Below, piece by piece: positions 48,268-50,045 of a stretch of DNA of 50,045 nucleotides (position 1 is its first letter; each line of letters begins with the position of its first letter). Location: positions 124,001 to 174,045 of the forward strand of contig KZ537988.1 of assembly GCA_000934665.2 (NCBI GenBank), read 5' to 3'. This DNA is from Catajapyx aquilonaris. Lineage: Eukaryota. Under the pieces are notes generated by a model that worked only from the letters and a program-made list of their open reading frames with translations, was not told the DNA's origin and made no database searches. The translations under genes and the position numbers were made by a program.

Positions 48268-50045
48268 TGCAAAATGGAATATCCCACTTAAAACTGATTA
48301 CAAGTTAATCCATACTATGCTACACTTGTTTTATGTTTCAACACAGGATTTCTGGCAGCCATAGTGTCCCCAACAATCAACCCCCCCACTTCGCAAATAA
48401 ACTCGTCAATAATGCACTCTAGCCGATGAGAGTGGCCATCCATCCAGTGTGTCATTTTTCACAACCTTACAAAAAAAGATGGACCCTGTTGACATCACCC
48501 CCCACTTCTAATAGAATATAAGTGTGGGTGAGGCCAGTAGGTAGATTCGACGATGAAAACTCACCCCATATCCGGGGCTTCTGGGTGGGGGCAGGCGGGG
48601 TGGGTGGGAATGGGGGGGAGACTTTGTGCGGGCAGCCACATTGCAGTGCTGCTGCAGACTAGGGCAGAGCATCAGGGCGCCGAATCCATTTTGGCAGAGA
48701 AGCACATTGCACAGCCCTAGCAGCATCCCATCTAGGATTCTGCAATACTGTTCATAGTGATCGTGATCAGTTTTTTTAATTTTTTTCGTTTAGTGGCCGT
48801 ATAGTGAGAGGCCACAACAGGGTGGGGTTAAGGGGCGGGGGGCGGGGGGTTTTGTTCAATGTTGCAAAAACGGGTGGCATTTTGCACGGAGAGAGCGATC
48901 GAAGGCACGCAGATGGATCCAGGTGCCGTGGGTCGACTTTGAAGCTGCTGCACCCAACGTCCCTTGTGAGTTGGATTTATTATCGTCACACTTTCACACC
49001 TTTCGCATCGATGCTCACCACTTGCTCACCACGATGCTCACCACATTTTTCAATCGAATATCTGTTAAGGTTAATTTGATATAGAGAAAATGTTGCGTGT
49101 CACGTCATGTCCGAATCGGTTGGGGTGGTGACGTGACATGCATGGACATAGGAAACGTTTGTGTTAAAGGAAAGGGGGGTTCTAAATAACCGTGACCTTG
49201 CAACCGATATTCGTAAAGGTTAGGCGTTGACCTTTTGCAGGGGTGTGCTACCACAATGATTGTCATTTACAGTTTACACGACCTATGGTGTGCGATATGC
49301 GCACTTTTTGTCAGCCTCTGTTTGCACAAACGCATGTCGATGTCCTACAGTACTATTGATTTTCATATAGGGGATAGATAAACAACACAAAAATGACAAA
49401 TGTTTTTTTAACCGTAACAGGAAAATTATACTTGGCACTTCACACGGTGTTTGCGTTGTAAATAACCAGTTATGATACTTCTGGCGCTTCAACGATGCAT
49501 GATCATTATTGGAAAACAGTTCCTTGCCATCATCAACCTTCTCAGCCTCTTATCACTAATCTAAATCTTCACGTGTAATAAACCTTGTCAAAACCACGTT
49601 ATTTTGACCAAATCTATCCAGAAATTGGCCTTTCAGAAATCGCATCAATTTTTAGTAGTAGGCCGGAAATGAAGCACCGGAATGTCCGCTCCATTAGTGT
49701 AACCCCCTACCTCCTCTATTATTAGTCAACTACCAACTTTCATAAAACACGTGCTGCTATTGGAGGACCACAAAATGGCTGAATAGCCCTCTGTCTGGCG
49801 CCGCTTGCATATTCTGAGTTTGTATAGCCACGGAGACCAGCTGACTATGCGATATTGTACCCTAAGCAGTCGGGTCACTGACACGTAATTATTTGGTATG
49901 AAATAGGGGAAAGGAGGGGATGGTTGTGAATGGGGAGGACAGGGGCACGTGCCTCCCCTAGATAGAGGGAGAGAACCCTCCAACATCAAATTCGAAACGA
50001 TATGGATTAAATTTCCTGCCATTTCAATACCTCATTTGTGGGGAA

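Noticed and set aside
1..50045. CRISPR arrays, rRNA, or prokaryotic/viral gene systems
   Set aside because: No repeat-spacer arrays, rRNA similarity or operon-like ORFs were seen; the window is spliced eukaryotic DNA.

Overview
Eukaryotic genomic window, most likely from an insect or other arthropod (inferred from an insect-type Cyt-b5-r gene and a PsGEF-like C2 gene). I assembled eight spliced protein-coding genes by hand from GT-AG junctions with consistent phase: the 5' end of a Su(dx)/ITCH-type HECT E3 ligase (-, partial), C6orf136/DUF2358 homolog (+), DUSP12/MKP-4 (-), a Prrx paired-like homeobox gene (-), GATD3/ES1 (-), V-ATPase subunit e (+), cytochrome b5-related desaturase-like protein (-), and the 5' part of an RGS3-type C2-domain gene, probably PsGEF (+, partial). 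Two head-to-head gene pairs appear to share promoters. Mobile DNA includes a decayed Tc1/mariner element with a nested retroposon tail, three MITEs, a V-domain tRNA-SINE with TSD, and a tiny hairpin LTR followed by a tRNA-Lys primer-binding site. The most unusual structure is two abutting, near-perfect, single-base-loop palindromes at 36261-36700, arranged L-L'-R'-R. Family assignments are from recalled motifs; no database searches were run.
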